Both the position numbers and the translations under genes were made by a program. 60,741 bases of DNA from IMG/VR virus record IMGVR_UViG_3300019093_001482, positions 1 through 60,741 of that record; one strand, written 5' to 3'. Each line of letters opens with the position of its first letter. Position 1 is the first letter of the stretch. Source of the stretch: a virus. Its lineage: Duplodnaviria; Caudoviricetes. The notes under the pieces were generated by a model. It made no database searches. It was given only the letters and a program-made list of their open reading frames with translations, and was not told the origin of the DNA. Shown here piece by piece: positions 46,731-55,283 of the stretch.

Positions 46731-47471
46731 ATGAAAACAATTGACGAAATTCGCCAAATAAATCTTGCTGCCCTTGTTGAAGAGGTCGGCGGTACAGGTG
46801 CGCTTGCAAACTTAATTGAGCGGAGCCAGTCACAAGTCAGCCAGTGGGTAACTCAATCAAAGCATTCCGCGACCGGCAAACCAAGGGTTGTAAGTACCTC
46901 TTCTGCCCGGTACATAGAGAGCAAATGCAATAAACCTACTGGATGGCTAGATAAAGATCACTCTGAAGCGGCAGACAGCACACGTTCACGCGAGCCGCGT
47001 GAATCTCAAAACACAGATGTCGCGCATAACGTCTACTCGTCAGATGAAGTGCAGACAGTTGAGATAAAGAGGGTGAAATTAAAACTTTCCGCAGGAATAA
47101 GCAAAATTCAAATTGATCAATGCGTCGAGACTGGGGAACCCGTCTCATACACAAAAGACTGGCTCCAGAAACGGGGCTTGTTTCCAGAAGACTTGCTGGC
47201 TTTGGAAATTACTGGTGACAGCATGAATCCAAATTTCCTGCCAGGTGACGTCATCGTGATAAATACGATGGATAAGATTCCAAAACATAACCGAGTATTT
47301 GCAGTCAACTTTGATGGACAGGCAGTGATCAAGCGATTGGTGTACTACAACAAAGAATGGTTTTTGAGATCCGATAATGAAGACAAAATGTCATTTCCAG
47401 ATCAGATTTGCAGAGGAGGTGATTGCTTGCCAATAGGTATCGTCGTCGATCAAAGACGCGAATATTTTTGA
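46731..47471 (+). CDS. cI: CI-like repressor with S24 autopeptidase
   Basis: N-terminal HTH (SQSQVSQW), GDSMNP catalytic Ser, IKRL catalytic Lys. Confidence 0.93.
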   Translation: MKTIDEIRQINLAALVEEVGGTGALANLIERSQSQVSQWVTQSKHSATGKPRVVSTSSARYIESKCNKPTGWLDKDHSEAADSTRSREPRESQNTDVAHNVYSSDEVQTVEIKRVKLKLSAGISKIQIDQCVETGEPVSYTKDWLQKRGLFPEDLLALEITGDSMNPNFLPGDVIVINTMDKIPKHNRVFAVNFDGQAVIKRLVYYNKEWFLRSDNEDKMSFPDQICRGGDCLPIGIVVDQRREYF

Positions 47472-47498
47472 ATTTTTCACTCACAAACTGACACGTAA

Positions 47499-47975
47499 AT
47501 TAAGCGCTTTCGATATTTCACGACGATGCTCGCTGCACTCTTCCTGTAAACGGGGATTGCTAATGCGATGTGCTTCAATCCGTTCGGCTGTGAAGCAAAA
47601 ACTGAAAGTGAGTGCATTAAGAATGCTTCTGAATCTGCCAGAACAGAATTTGCAGCCAAGGTTCTGATATTAGAATGCAAAGAGAAATTTAGTGCTACTG
47701 CAGATCTGTGCCGCCAGGACGCACAGATACTAAATTCTGAAATTCGTCCAAATCCCAAAATGGAAGAAATTCGCAAACAGATGCCCTCACTAAATGGGCT
47801 AGATGATCAGGCCGCCCTTGAGGTGATTCACCAATCTCACTATCCAGATAAGGACAAAGCTGAATTAGGAGCATTGATTGGCATTGCATACTCTCCAAAT
47901 CGCAACATGTGCAAAAATTCTATAGCAAGTACTACAAGTAGCGATTCTGAATTTAAGTGTGGCACTAGCCATTAG
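47499..47975 (+). pseudogene. Exported Cys-rich protein with an interrupted signal peptide
   Basis: In-frame upstream sequence reads IKRFRYFTTMLAALFL*TGIANA-MCFNP; TAA at 47547-47549. Confidence 0.55.
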
Positions 47976-48085
47976 TAGGATTGCTAATATGCGCATAGAC
48001 CTTATGCGAGAAACCATGCCAAAGCGGTTTCGACACCTGCTCTGAATTTTTCGTGGATTAGGGCTTAGAGCCCCAAGCCGGAACC

Positions 48086-48361
48086 ATGTCTAGCCCCCAA
48101 ATTCATCAAGCAGCTCATTACCATGTTGAAGATTTAGGCGAAGACCTAGCAGAAAGCAAAGATGAGCAAGTCATCAAGCAGTGTGCCTCTGCACTCGTAA
48201 GCAAACTTAAGGGTCGTGGAGATGAACTGATTAAACTTCAATTAGCACCCTCCGAAAATGCCACGACTTTTTATGCCATATTAGATGCGGCACGACACAA
48301 TAACATGCCGGTCGTAGGGCATCTTCCCTACACAGTTGATTCAATACAATCATTGGGATAA
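48086..48361 (+). pseudogene. Amidohydrolase-like gene fragment
   Basis: LKGRGDELIKL…FYAILDAARHNNMPVVGHLP resembles an internal amidohydrolase segment; only 91 aa. Confidence 0.45.
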
Positions 48362-48546
48362 CGGACAAAAAAAGTAAAATTTTTACTTGCCAAAATTATA
48401 AAATAATTCTAATGTACTAAATACCAACTATCAGCGAATAAAAATTTTTAGACCTCGTTAGTTAGGGAGTAACACATAAGGAGTTTGGCTAGTGACGGAA
48501 AACAGGGTTTTATTTACTTATTCACACACAAGGATTGGAGTTCAAA

Positions 48547-48936
48547 ATGGCTAATTTGGCTATATCTGCAAATCAAGGCAACATTACGATAAGCTGCGAC
48601 GTCTGGGACTGGACATCGTTGGTAGTTAACGGAACTCAATATACGTCATTCCCCGCGACAGCGATAAACGCTAGCCCAGTGATGTTCACCGCGAACTACA
48701 ATCCCGGAAGTGTTACTCAGATCCAGTGGCCTATGATTATCAACGCCCAGGACGACTCCACGGGAATGACGTGGGTTGCGGTTGTGCAGGCGTCATCGGA
48801 CGGCGTGGGAGGAGTTAACCTTGTCGGTTCAGTCCTGTATTTTGAGAGCTGTGCGAACGGGGTCTCTGGTTCTACTGGACTGCAGTTCAATGAGTCTGGA
48901 TTGACAGGCACGTTTACCTGCTCAGTCGGTGAATGA
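48547..48936 (+). CDS. Acidic beta-rich protein with no Lys, Arg or His
   Basis: GGAG SD; 129 aa with no basic residues. Confidence 0.75.
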   Translation: MANLAISANQGNITISCDVWDWTSLVVNGTQYTSFPATAINASPVMFTANYNPGSVTQIQWPMIINAQDDSTGMTWVAVVQASSDGVGGVNLVGSVLYFESCANGVSGSTGLQFNESGLTGTFTCSVGE

Positions 48937-49211
48937 AATTGGTGTGTCCCTGTTGATGCAGTCTGATGGACAGGGGCTCGGTTCTGGTCAAGTTTGCTGG
49001 GGGGACGGAACAACAAGGCCCTCGGAATACTTGATTGAAGTCTCCCGAGGACATGACCTGAACGTGTGAAAGAAACAGGTGTCTTGGGCTCTCAAGAGCC
49101 AGGGATGGACGTTCTGTTTTTGTTAATGCTGTTGGAGCTGGACGAGCGGGCAACTAACTAATGACGTAGCGAGCAAGCCGGAAACCTCGCGTTAAACCAA
49201 AAGGAGAAAAT

Positions 49212-49664
49212 ATGGGACTTCAGATTACGATAACAAACTACTCGAGCCTCACATGGGCCCAGACCCAGTGGAGATGCGTTACGGGTACCACGAATTCACT
49301 CGGCTATAACGACGAGATTACACAGACACCAAGCCCTACCATTCAGGCGAATGACGGTCAGACCACAGCAGCTGCGAACCAAATTTCGCTCGAATCGATA
49401 ACGCAGGACGCCCTCAACATGACGCTTTCGTACAGCGCAGGAAACGATGCGTTCGGCATCTACATCACCCAGCATTTTCAAGAGTTTTCCATTGGCACGG
49501 GCGACACGTGGGCTTATCTCAAGAATGGCACGTGGACCAACGCTGGACAAGATGGAACCCCGATCACCTGGACGTTCGCTGACTGCACCGTCGTGGCAAC
49601 GCCAACACTGGCTCATCAATCTGCGTCAGTTTCGGTTCTCATCACGAACCCGCCAAGCCGATAG
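49212..49664 (+). CDS. Acidic beta-sandwich protein, possibly aegerolysin/Cry34-like
   Basis: AAGGAG SD; LQITITNYSSLTW…PSPTI resembles aegerolysin-like N-termini; fold call is tentative. Confidence 0.7.
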   Translation: MGLQITITNYSSLTWAQTQWRCVTGTTNSLGYNDEITQTPSPTIQANDGQTTAAANQISLESITQDALNMTLSYSAGNDAFGIYITQHFQEFSIGTGDTWAYLKNGTWTNAGQDGTPITWTFADCTVVATPTLAHQSASVSVLITNPPSR

Positions 49665-49690
49665 GACGTACACCAATACACGGAGGTTTT

Positions 49691-50023
49691 ATGCCTGCAC
49701 TTTTGCTTAGAATCGCCAACGGCGACTGGGGAGCTGCCGTTGCAAATACCGGAATCGTTTATCCGTTCGAAGGAGCAACGCTGGCCGAACAGGCCGGAAA
49801 CGTCCAGTCTTTTGCCGAGGCGATGGTGAGTGGAGATCTCAATTCGATCGTCTACTACATCAACGCCGAAGGATTTACCCCTGAAGTGGTGGCTCAACAG
49901 CTTTTTGGGGAATGCGACATCTTGTTCCTATCCGGCGAAAGCATTTGGGGGGCTGACGGAGGCATCTATATAATCGACCAACTTGCCGAAGTAGGGGCGG
50001 TATTACTGGCAGCGTTGGAGTAG
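49691..50023 (+). CDS. Acidic small protein with hydrophobic C-terminal helix
   Basis: GGAGG SD; 110 aa with one Arg and no Lys. Confidence 0.7.
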   Translation: MPALLLRIANGDWGAAVANTGIVYPFEGATLAEQAGNVQSFAEAMVSGDLNSIVYYINAEGFTPEVVAQQLFGECDILFLSGESIWGADGGIYIIDQLAEVGAVLLAALE

Positions 50024-50129
50024 TCTTGACCCGCGTTGTGCACGGCGCGCATAACAGACTCAGGCTTCCCACGCGTCTACCTATGGCCGGATAAACGTGG
50101 GCGGGGCGTGATGGCCCCTTGAAAAACCG

Positions 50130-50460
50130 GTAGAGTAGAGAGCAGCCACCGGCTGCCCTCCCTCATCAAACCGTGCATGCGATTTTCTCGCACACGGCTT
50201 TCCGATGTTTTTCGCACATAGGCATGCGCTGATTTTCAGCCTGCTTTGGTCGGCATTTTATATAGCCCATAATGCCCATACAGTTTGGGAATCGGCCATC
50301 GCCGATACCTATGTCTTTCGCTTTAAGGCGCTTCATCAAGTGCTTGCTCACCCGTTGTTCCACATGAGCCTTGACCTTTTCCAGCGCCTGATTTGAATTT
50401 CGATAGTGAAAGTAGTTCACCCAGCCTCGCAGGCTGCGGTTGATATTTCCGACTAGGGGT
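50130..50460 (-). mobile_element. Truncated group II intron 3' end (maturase remnant, domains V and VI)
   Basis: NINRSLRGWVNYF domain-X motif; DV AAGCCGTGTGCGAGAAAATCGCATGCACGGTTT (about 50200-50168); DVI ending CTCTACTCTAC at 50130; frameshift and stop in the ORF tail. Confidence 0.88.
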
Positions 50461-50683
50461 TGTAAGCCCTAACCGACGGAGTTTGTCCAAAATAACTGAT
50501 TGGCTACAATATCGAATATCATGTTGCGCTAGTGTCGGAAAAAAGTCTTCATGAGAATGTTAGAGACTTTAATGAACGTATAAAAAGAATAATTCATAAA
50601 ATTGAATCTATTGTTAAGTTGGTGGATGAATCTCAACTGAAAACAGCAGCTTAATACCAAAATTCCTCAAACGAACACGTCTC

Positions 50684-50710
50684 GACCTGCTTACGCAGGT
50701 CTTTTATTTT
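50684..50710 (+). terminator. Rho-independent terminator after the immunity-region cargo
   Basis: GACCTGC-TTAC-GCAGGTC-TTTTATTTT. Confidence 0.75.
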
Positions 50711-51033
50711 CCTGACATGATTTTGGGATTCGACCAACAAAATTTCACTCCCAAACCTGCCTCTCTGCATAACCCTCTATCTTCAAATCTACTCTTAGCC
50801 CAACCCAGGGCAAACATCACCGCACACAGTATTCCAACCACAATCTTAAAACGCATCACTATCCTCGCTCAGTAACAGGGGCAATTCCCTTGCGTAAATT
50901 ATCAGGCCGTACCTTACGTCCAGAGTGTCGAATAAACGCACAAAATTGAGCTTTTTAATGATTTTCGCAAATTTTTTTAAATAGCCCTACTCCCCGCCCT
51001 GTCTGACTATCACAACTGCCACGGTTTCCAATA

Positions 51034-51112
51034 TTAGCCAAAATTTACATTTTAGCTATTTTAGCCAATGGCTAAAATAAGTCTTGATCTTAATTTAGCC
51101 TTGGGCTAATAT
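51034..51112 (+). promoter_or_regulatory. OL-like operators and pL promoter
   Basis: TTAGCCAATGGCTAA at 51061, TTAGCCTTGGGCTAA at 51095, half site at 51034; TTGATC(51084)-17-TAATAT(51107). Confidence 0.85.
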
Positions 51113-51141
51113 ACATTCATCAACAGCAAATCGGAGCCGCG

Positions 51142-51363
51142 ATGACCACGCAAACACCTTTCAACTTAGCAGCAGGCCACTTTGCCCAGCCAGCAATGGA
51201 ATCAAAAACCATTGTCATCAACGGTCAAAACCTGATCGACGCCTTCTCCAATTGCGACATGGAACAGAGCGAAAAAATGGCCGCGATGCTTGACCAGGGC
51301 AAGTACGAAAACTTTGGCCGAATGATGTTCAAAGTCATGCGCGACTGGTCTGAATCCACTTAA
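51142..51363 (+). CDS. First early-left hypothetical protein
   Basis: GGAG SD; directly after pL. Confidence 0.65.
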   Translation: MTTQTPFNLAAGHFAQPAMESKTIVINGQNLIDAFSNCDMEQSEKMAAMLDQGKYENFGRMMFKVMRDWSEST

Positions 51364-51688
51364 TAAGAATTGGTTGCCGCCACCAAGTATCAAGGCGGAC
51401 AGGAAATCTAGGTGCCGTCATTGACCTGGCCTCTGTATCGGGTGATGCCTCTAGTCTTGAGTTGGGACGGACTGCCGGGAAAGACCGGCGCCAATACAAA
51501 ACCGGCTTCAACCGCCTTAGCCAGCGGTGCTCCTGATGTACGAGGCCGGTTCTGTGTTGGTAAATGCATGATTGGATCTGGACGGCTAGTTCCCGTACCC
51601 GAAACTCCCAGTGTAGTCGAGCTGGCATAGTCGAAAAATAGTGAAGATAGCCCATTTGCCAACACCTAATTTAACCAGGAGATCAGCA

Positions 51689-52078
51689 ATGAATGCAGCA
51701 GATCAGTTTGATGCACCGAAGCACACACCGGGACCGTGGGAAGCGATTGGCAATTTGGTTCGTTCCCCAATGGTTCACCCGCAGGGCACCGACAGGCCGC
51801 GAGGAATCATGCTTGCGGAATGCGCAGATGGATACGGAGTCAAGGCAAACAGCGCTGAAGCCGCCGCAAATGCCAGGCTCTTCGCTGCGGCACCTGATTT
51901 GCTGGCCGAGTTGGTCATGGCTGGCCAGGTCATCAGCGTTTTTCTGAACGAATTATCTACAGAGCAAAAGCGCAACTGTGCTGCAAAAATCGACGCATTA
52001 AGCATACACGGCGAAGGAATGGCCAGGGCAAACGAGCGCGATGCAGTCCTGAAAAAGGCAACGGGAGCACCAACATGA
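51689..52078 (+). CDS. Conserved phage hypothetical protein
   Basis: KHTPGPW…ANARLFAAAPDLL motif common in phage early genes; AGGAG SD. Confidence 0.75.
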   Translation: MNAADQFDAPKHTPGPWEAIGNLVRSPMVHPQGTDRPRGIMLAECADGYGVKANSAEAAANARLFAAAPDLLAELVMAGQVISVFLNELSTEQKRNCAAKIDALSIHGEGMARANERDAVLKKATGAPT

Positions 52079-52185
52079 CCCGCGCCCGCCCTATTCGCGC
52101 TTATAAGCACTGGCGCAGCGCAGGCTTCAGCGTCCGAAACGCCCTTTACCTGACCATGAAATGGGGATGCCCAAAATGGTATTGA
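52075..52185 (+). CDS. 36-aa basic peptide (not in ORF track)
   Basis: ATGA-coupled; MTRARPIRAYKHWRSAGFSVRNALYLTMKWGCPKWY. Confidence 0.4.
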   Translation: MTRARPIRAYKHWRSAGFSVRNALYLTMKWGCPKWY

Positions 52186-52296
52186 TCAAAAACATCCTCT
52201 TTTACCGCCGCTTTGGATATAGCTGGCGAACAGCCTGGCACAAGGCACGAAACACCATTTAGAAGCACCAACACTAATCAAAATAACGGAGTTGTG

Positions 52297-53184
52297 ATGA
52301 ACGAAGTAATCGAGAAACCGGTCGGAAATCAGAATTTGAATCTGCTTTCCACCAATAGCGCAGCCCTGATCTTGGATCAAGGCAGCATGGCCAGCATGAT
52401 GAGCCTGGCCGAAATAATGGCAAGCGGCCGCTCGACAATTCCAAATCACCTGCAAGGCAATAAAGGTGATTGCATGGCCATCGTAATGCAGGCTATTCAA
52501 TGGCAAATGAACCCGTTTGCAGTCGCACAAAAGACTCACACGGTCAACGGAACCTTGGGTTATGAAGGCCAGTTGATCAACGCCGTGATTCAGTCGAGTG
52601 GTGTTACAAAAGAACGCTTTGCGTACGAGTACTTCGGTGAATGGGAAAAAATCATCGGCAAGACCAAAGTAATCAAAATGCCAGCCAAAGAAGGCAAGAA
52701 AGAATACGAGTTTCGCGTGCCAGATTATTCGATGGTTGATGAAGCAGGCCTGGGTGTCCGCATATCCGCGACGCTCAAGGGTGAAGCTGAACCACGCGTA
52801 CTTGAACTGCTGCTTGTTCAGGCAAGTGTGCGCAACTCTCCATTGTGGGCGACGGACCCAAAACAGCAACTGTCGTACCTGGCCGTAAAACGCTGGGCAC
52901 GCCTCTACTGCCCTGACGTGATTTTGGGCGTGTATAGCGGCGACGAACTCGAAGAGTTCAAGGCTCCCCGAGAGTTAGACATCACTCCCGCGCCAGTTGT
53001 CGAACCTCGAACCTTAGAAGAATGCAGCAAAGAGAAATTCGACGAAAACAAAGCGGCATGGCGAGATCTGATCATTAGTGGCAAGAAAACTCCAGGCGGC
53101 TTGATAGCGATGCTCAGCACAAAAACGGTTCTCACAGAATCTCAAAAGTTGACCATTGACAGTTGGGCACACGAGAACGATTGA
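52297..53184 (+). CDS. recT: RecT-family ssDNA annealing protein
   Basis: IPNHLQG..GDCMAIVMQA.QW.MNPFAVAQKT, LW.TDPKQQL.YLAVKRWARLYCPDVILGVY. Confidence 0.88.
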   Translation: MNEVIEKPVGNQNLNLLSTNSAALILDQGSMASMMSLAEIMASGRSTIPNHLQGNKGDCMAIVMQAIQWQMNPFAVAQKTHTVNGTLGYEGQLINAVIQSSGVTKERFAYEYFGEWEKIIGKTKVIKMPAKEGKKEYEFRVPDYSMVDEAGLGVRISATLKGEAEPRVLELLLVQASVRNSPLWATDPKQQLSYLAVKRWARLYCPDVILGVYSGDELEEFKAPRELDITPAPVVEPRTLEECSKEKFDENKAAWRDLIISGKKTPGGLIAMLSTKTVLTESQKLTIDSWAHEND

Positions 53185-53220
53185 ACCTTGCAGCAATTTT
53201 TTAAATAAATAGGTGAAAAA

Positions 53221-54921
53221 ATGCATATCCACGACTTAGTTCAAGGCACTGACGCCTGGCACCAATTCCGCTTGCAGTATTTTGGCGCAAGCGAAGCAGC
53301 AGCAATGCTTGGACTTTCTAACAAGGTCAAACGTAACGAACTGCTTCATATGAAGCACACAGGCCTGCCCCGAGAGTTTAGCGACTGGCTGCAAGAGAAC
53401 GTGCTTGATTATGGGCACGAAGTTGAGGCACTTGCCCGCCCAATAGTCGAGCGCATCATTGGCGACGACTTGTATCCGGTCACTTGCTCAGATGGTAAAA
53501 AATCTGCATCTTGTGACGGACTTACTATGTCCGAGACAATCGCTTTTGAGCATAAACAGTGGAATGCTACCCTGGCTGCCAGTGTTGCGAATGGCATAGT
53601 GCCGGAAGAACACATGCCACAGTGCCAGCAAATTCTGATGGTGACAAAGGCAGAAAAAGTTGCTTTTGTAGTGTCTGATGGCACGGAAGAAAACATGGTC
53701 TGGAAATACGTATATCCGGATCTGGAATGGTTTGAGCGCATCGATGCTGGTTGGCTCCAGTTCGAGAAAGACCTGGCCACTTACAAGCCCGTGATCAGCG
53801 AGACCAAACCAATCGGCTATTCACCAGAAACTCTCCCAGCGCTTCGTTTGGAAGTAACGGGTATGGTCAAGGCCAGCAACCTGGCCGAGTTTAAAACGCA
53901 TGCTCTGGCCGTATTCGCAAGCATCAACCGCGATCTGACAACGGACCAGCATTTTGCAGACGCTGAAAAAACGGTCAAATGGTGCGCTGATGTTGAATCA
54001 CGCCTTGCCGCTGCTAAAGAGCATGCCTTGAGCCAAACGCAAAGCATCGATCAACTGTTTAAGACAATTGACGACATCAGCACCGAAGCCCGCAATGTAC
54101 GCCTCAGCCTTGATAAGCTGGTTGCCAAGCGCAAAACAGAAATCAAGGAAAGCATCGTGCTTAAGGCAAGGTCTGCCTATGACGTTCACCTTGCCAGCCT
54201 CCAAGCTGAAACAAGTGGCTGCTGGATTCAGCTGCCTCAACCAGATTTTGCTGGTGCGATCAAAGGCTTGCGCAGCCTGGATAGCATGCGCGACGCACTA
54301 GATACTTTGCTGGCCAATGCAAAAATTACCGCTGACGCATCAGCCAAGGGCATCCGCGCAAACCTGGCTTACATCAAGGATAACTCTGTCGGTTACGAAT
54401 TTCTGTTTGCTGACAAGCCCGCCCTGGCTGCCAAAAAGCTGGAAGACCTGCAATTGCTGGTAAGTGCCAGGATTGCAGCGCACAAACAGGCGGAAGCGGA
54501 CAAGCTGGAATCACAGCGCGCCAAGATCGCAGCCGAGGAGCAGGCAAAGGCTGAAGCTAAAGTCAGGGCTGAGCAAGCTGCCCTGGCGCTGGCTGCCACG
54601 CCTATGCCCGCACCCCCGCAGCAGCAGGAAGTCCTTGTATTGGGCGCTGGCACGACTTCTATCAGCATAGAACCCTTACTTGCCGAAGTAAGGCAAGCAT
54701 CATCTGCCCTGCCCTCACCAGTGCCAACACTCACGCTAGGCAAGATTGGCACCCGCCTCGGGTTCGCACTGACTGCTGACTTCCTGCGCAAGATAGGATT
54801 TGAGCCAGCAGCCAAAGAACGTTCTGCTGTGCTGTATCACGAGAGTGATTGGCAGTCGATATGTGCTGCCTTGATAAGGCATATCAACCAGGCCCGCATC
54901 CCGCAGCAAAAGGCTGCATAA
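53221..54921 (+). CDS. YqaJ/lambda-exonuclease-like recombinase with coiled-coil extension
   Basis: QGTDAWHQFR…GASEAAAMLG…GHEVEALAR…SASCDG…FEHK. Confidence 0.88.
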   Translation: MHIHDLVQGTDAWHQFRLQYFGASEAAAMLGLSNKVKRNELLHMKHTGLPREFSDWLQENVLDYGHEVEALARPIVERIIGDDLYPVTCSDGKKSASCDGLTMSETIAFEHKQWNATLAASVANGIVPEEHMPQCQQILMVTKAEKVAFVVSDGTEENMVWKYVYPDLEWFERIDAGWLQFEKDLATYKPVISETKPIGYSPETLPALRLEVTGMVKASNLAEFKTHALAVFASINRDLTTDQHFADAEKTVKWCADVESRLAAAKEHALSQTQSIDQLFKTIDDISTEARNVRLSLDKLVAKRKTEIKESIVLKARSAYDVHLASLQAETSGCWIQLPQPDFAGAIKGLRSLDSMRDALDTLLANAKITADASAKGIRANLAYIKDNSVGYEFLFADKPALAAKKLEDLQLLVSARIAAHKQAEADKLESQRAKIAAEEQAKAEAKVRAEQAALALAATPMPAPPQQQEVLVLGAGTTSISIEPLLAEVRQASSALPSPVPTLTLGKIGTRLGFALTADFLRKIGFEPAAKERSAVLYHESDWQSICAALIRHINQARIPQQKAA

Positions 54922-54956
54922 CAACCAGCGAACTTAACAACTATTGGAGTCACAAA

Positions 54957-55223
54957 ATGAACACAGAAACACAGGAATTGCCAGCCATCCCGCTATCGGC
55001 AGTCACGTCCTCTCAACTCGCTGCCATTGGTCACTGCCCGGCAACAAACCGCCTGGCCATCCAATTCAAAGGCTGGGGCGATAAACCTGGCAGCGTTTAT
55101 CACTACAGCGATTTTGACGCCGCAGCATTTGAAGCCTTCCGCACAGCCGAATCTCTGGGCTCGCACTTCAAGAAAATGATCAAGACCTGCCCTGATCGCT
55201 TCCCGTACACAAAAATTTCATAA
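54957..55223 (+). CDS. KTSC-domain protein
   Basis: VTSSQLAAIGH…LAIQF…VYHY…AESLGSHF; GGAG SD. Confidence 0.85.
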   Translation: MNTETQELPAIPLSAVTSSQLAAIGHCPATNRLAIQFKGWGDKPGSVYHYSDFDAAAFEAFRTAESLGSHFKKMIKTCPDRFPYTKIS

Positions 55224-55283
55224 GCCTCAGCCGGCAGGCTGAATCAATACCCTATTCCCAAATACTAACTTTACGGATACATC

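Larger units (their letters stand above)
48061..50469. mobile_element. Non-autonomous cassette bounded by inverted repeats
   Basis: 48058-48083 and the reverse complement of 50447-50472 match at 22/26 nt; TA on both flanks; no transposase inside. Confidence 0.55.

Noticed and set aside
23773-50460. Diversity-generating retroelement (RT remnant plus variable fibre tip)
   Set aside because: The remnant is a group II intron maturase with DV/DVI and no RT core, and no TR/VR pair differing at adenines was seen.
48058-50473. Integron cassette array (GTTAGGG/GCCCTAAC-like ends)
   Set aside because: No integron integrase, no recognisable attC structures between the genes, and the genes have long leaders.
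51364-51560. tRNA or hammerhead ribozyme in the pL leader
   Set aside because: No TTCGA T-loop or cloverleaf, and CTGATGT does not match the CUGANGA…GAAA core.
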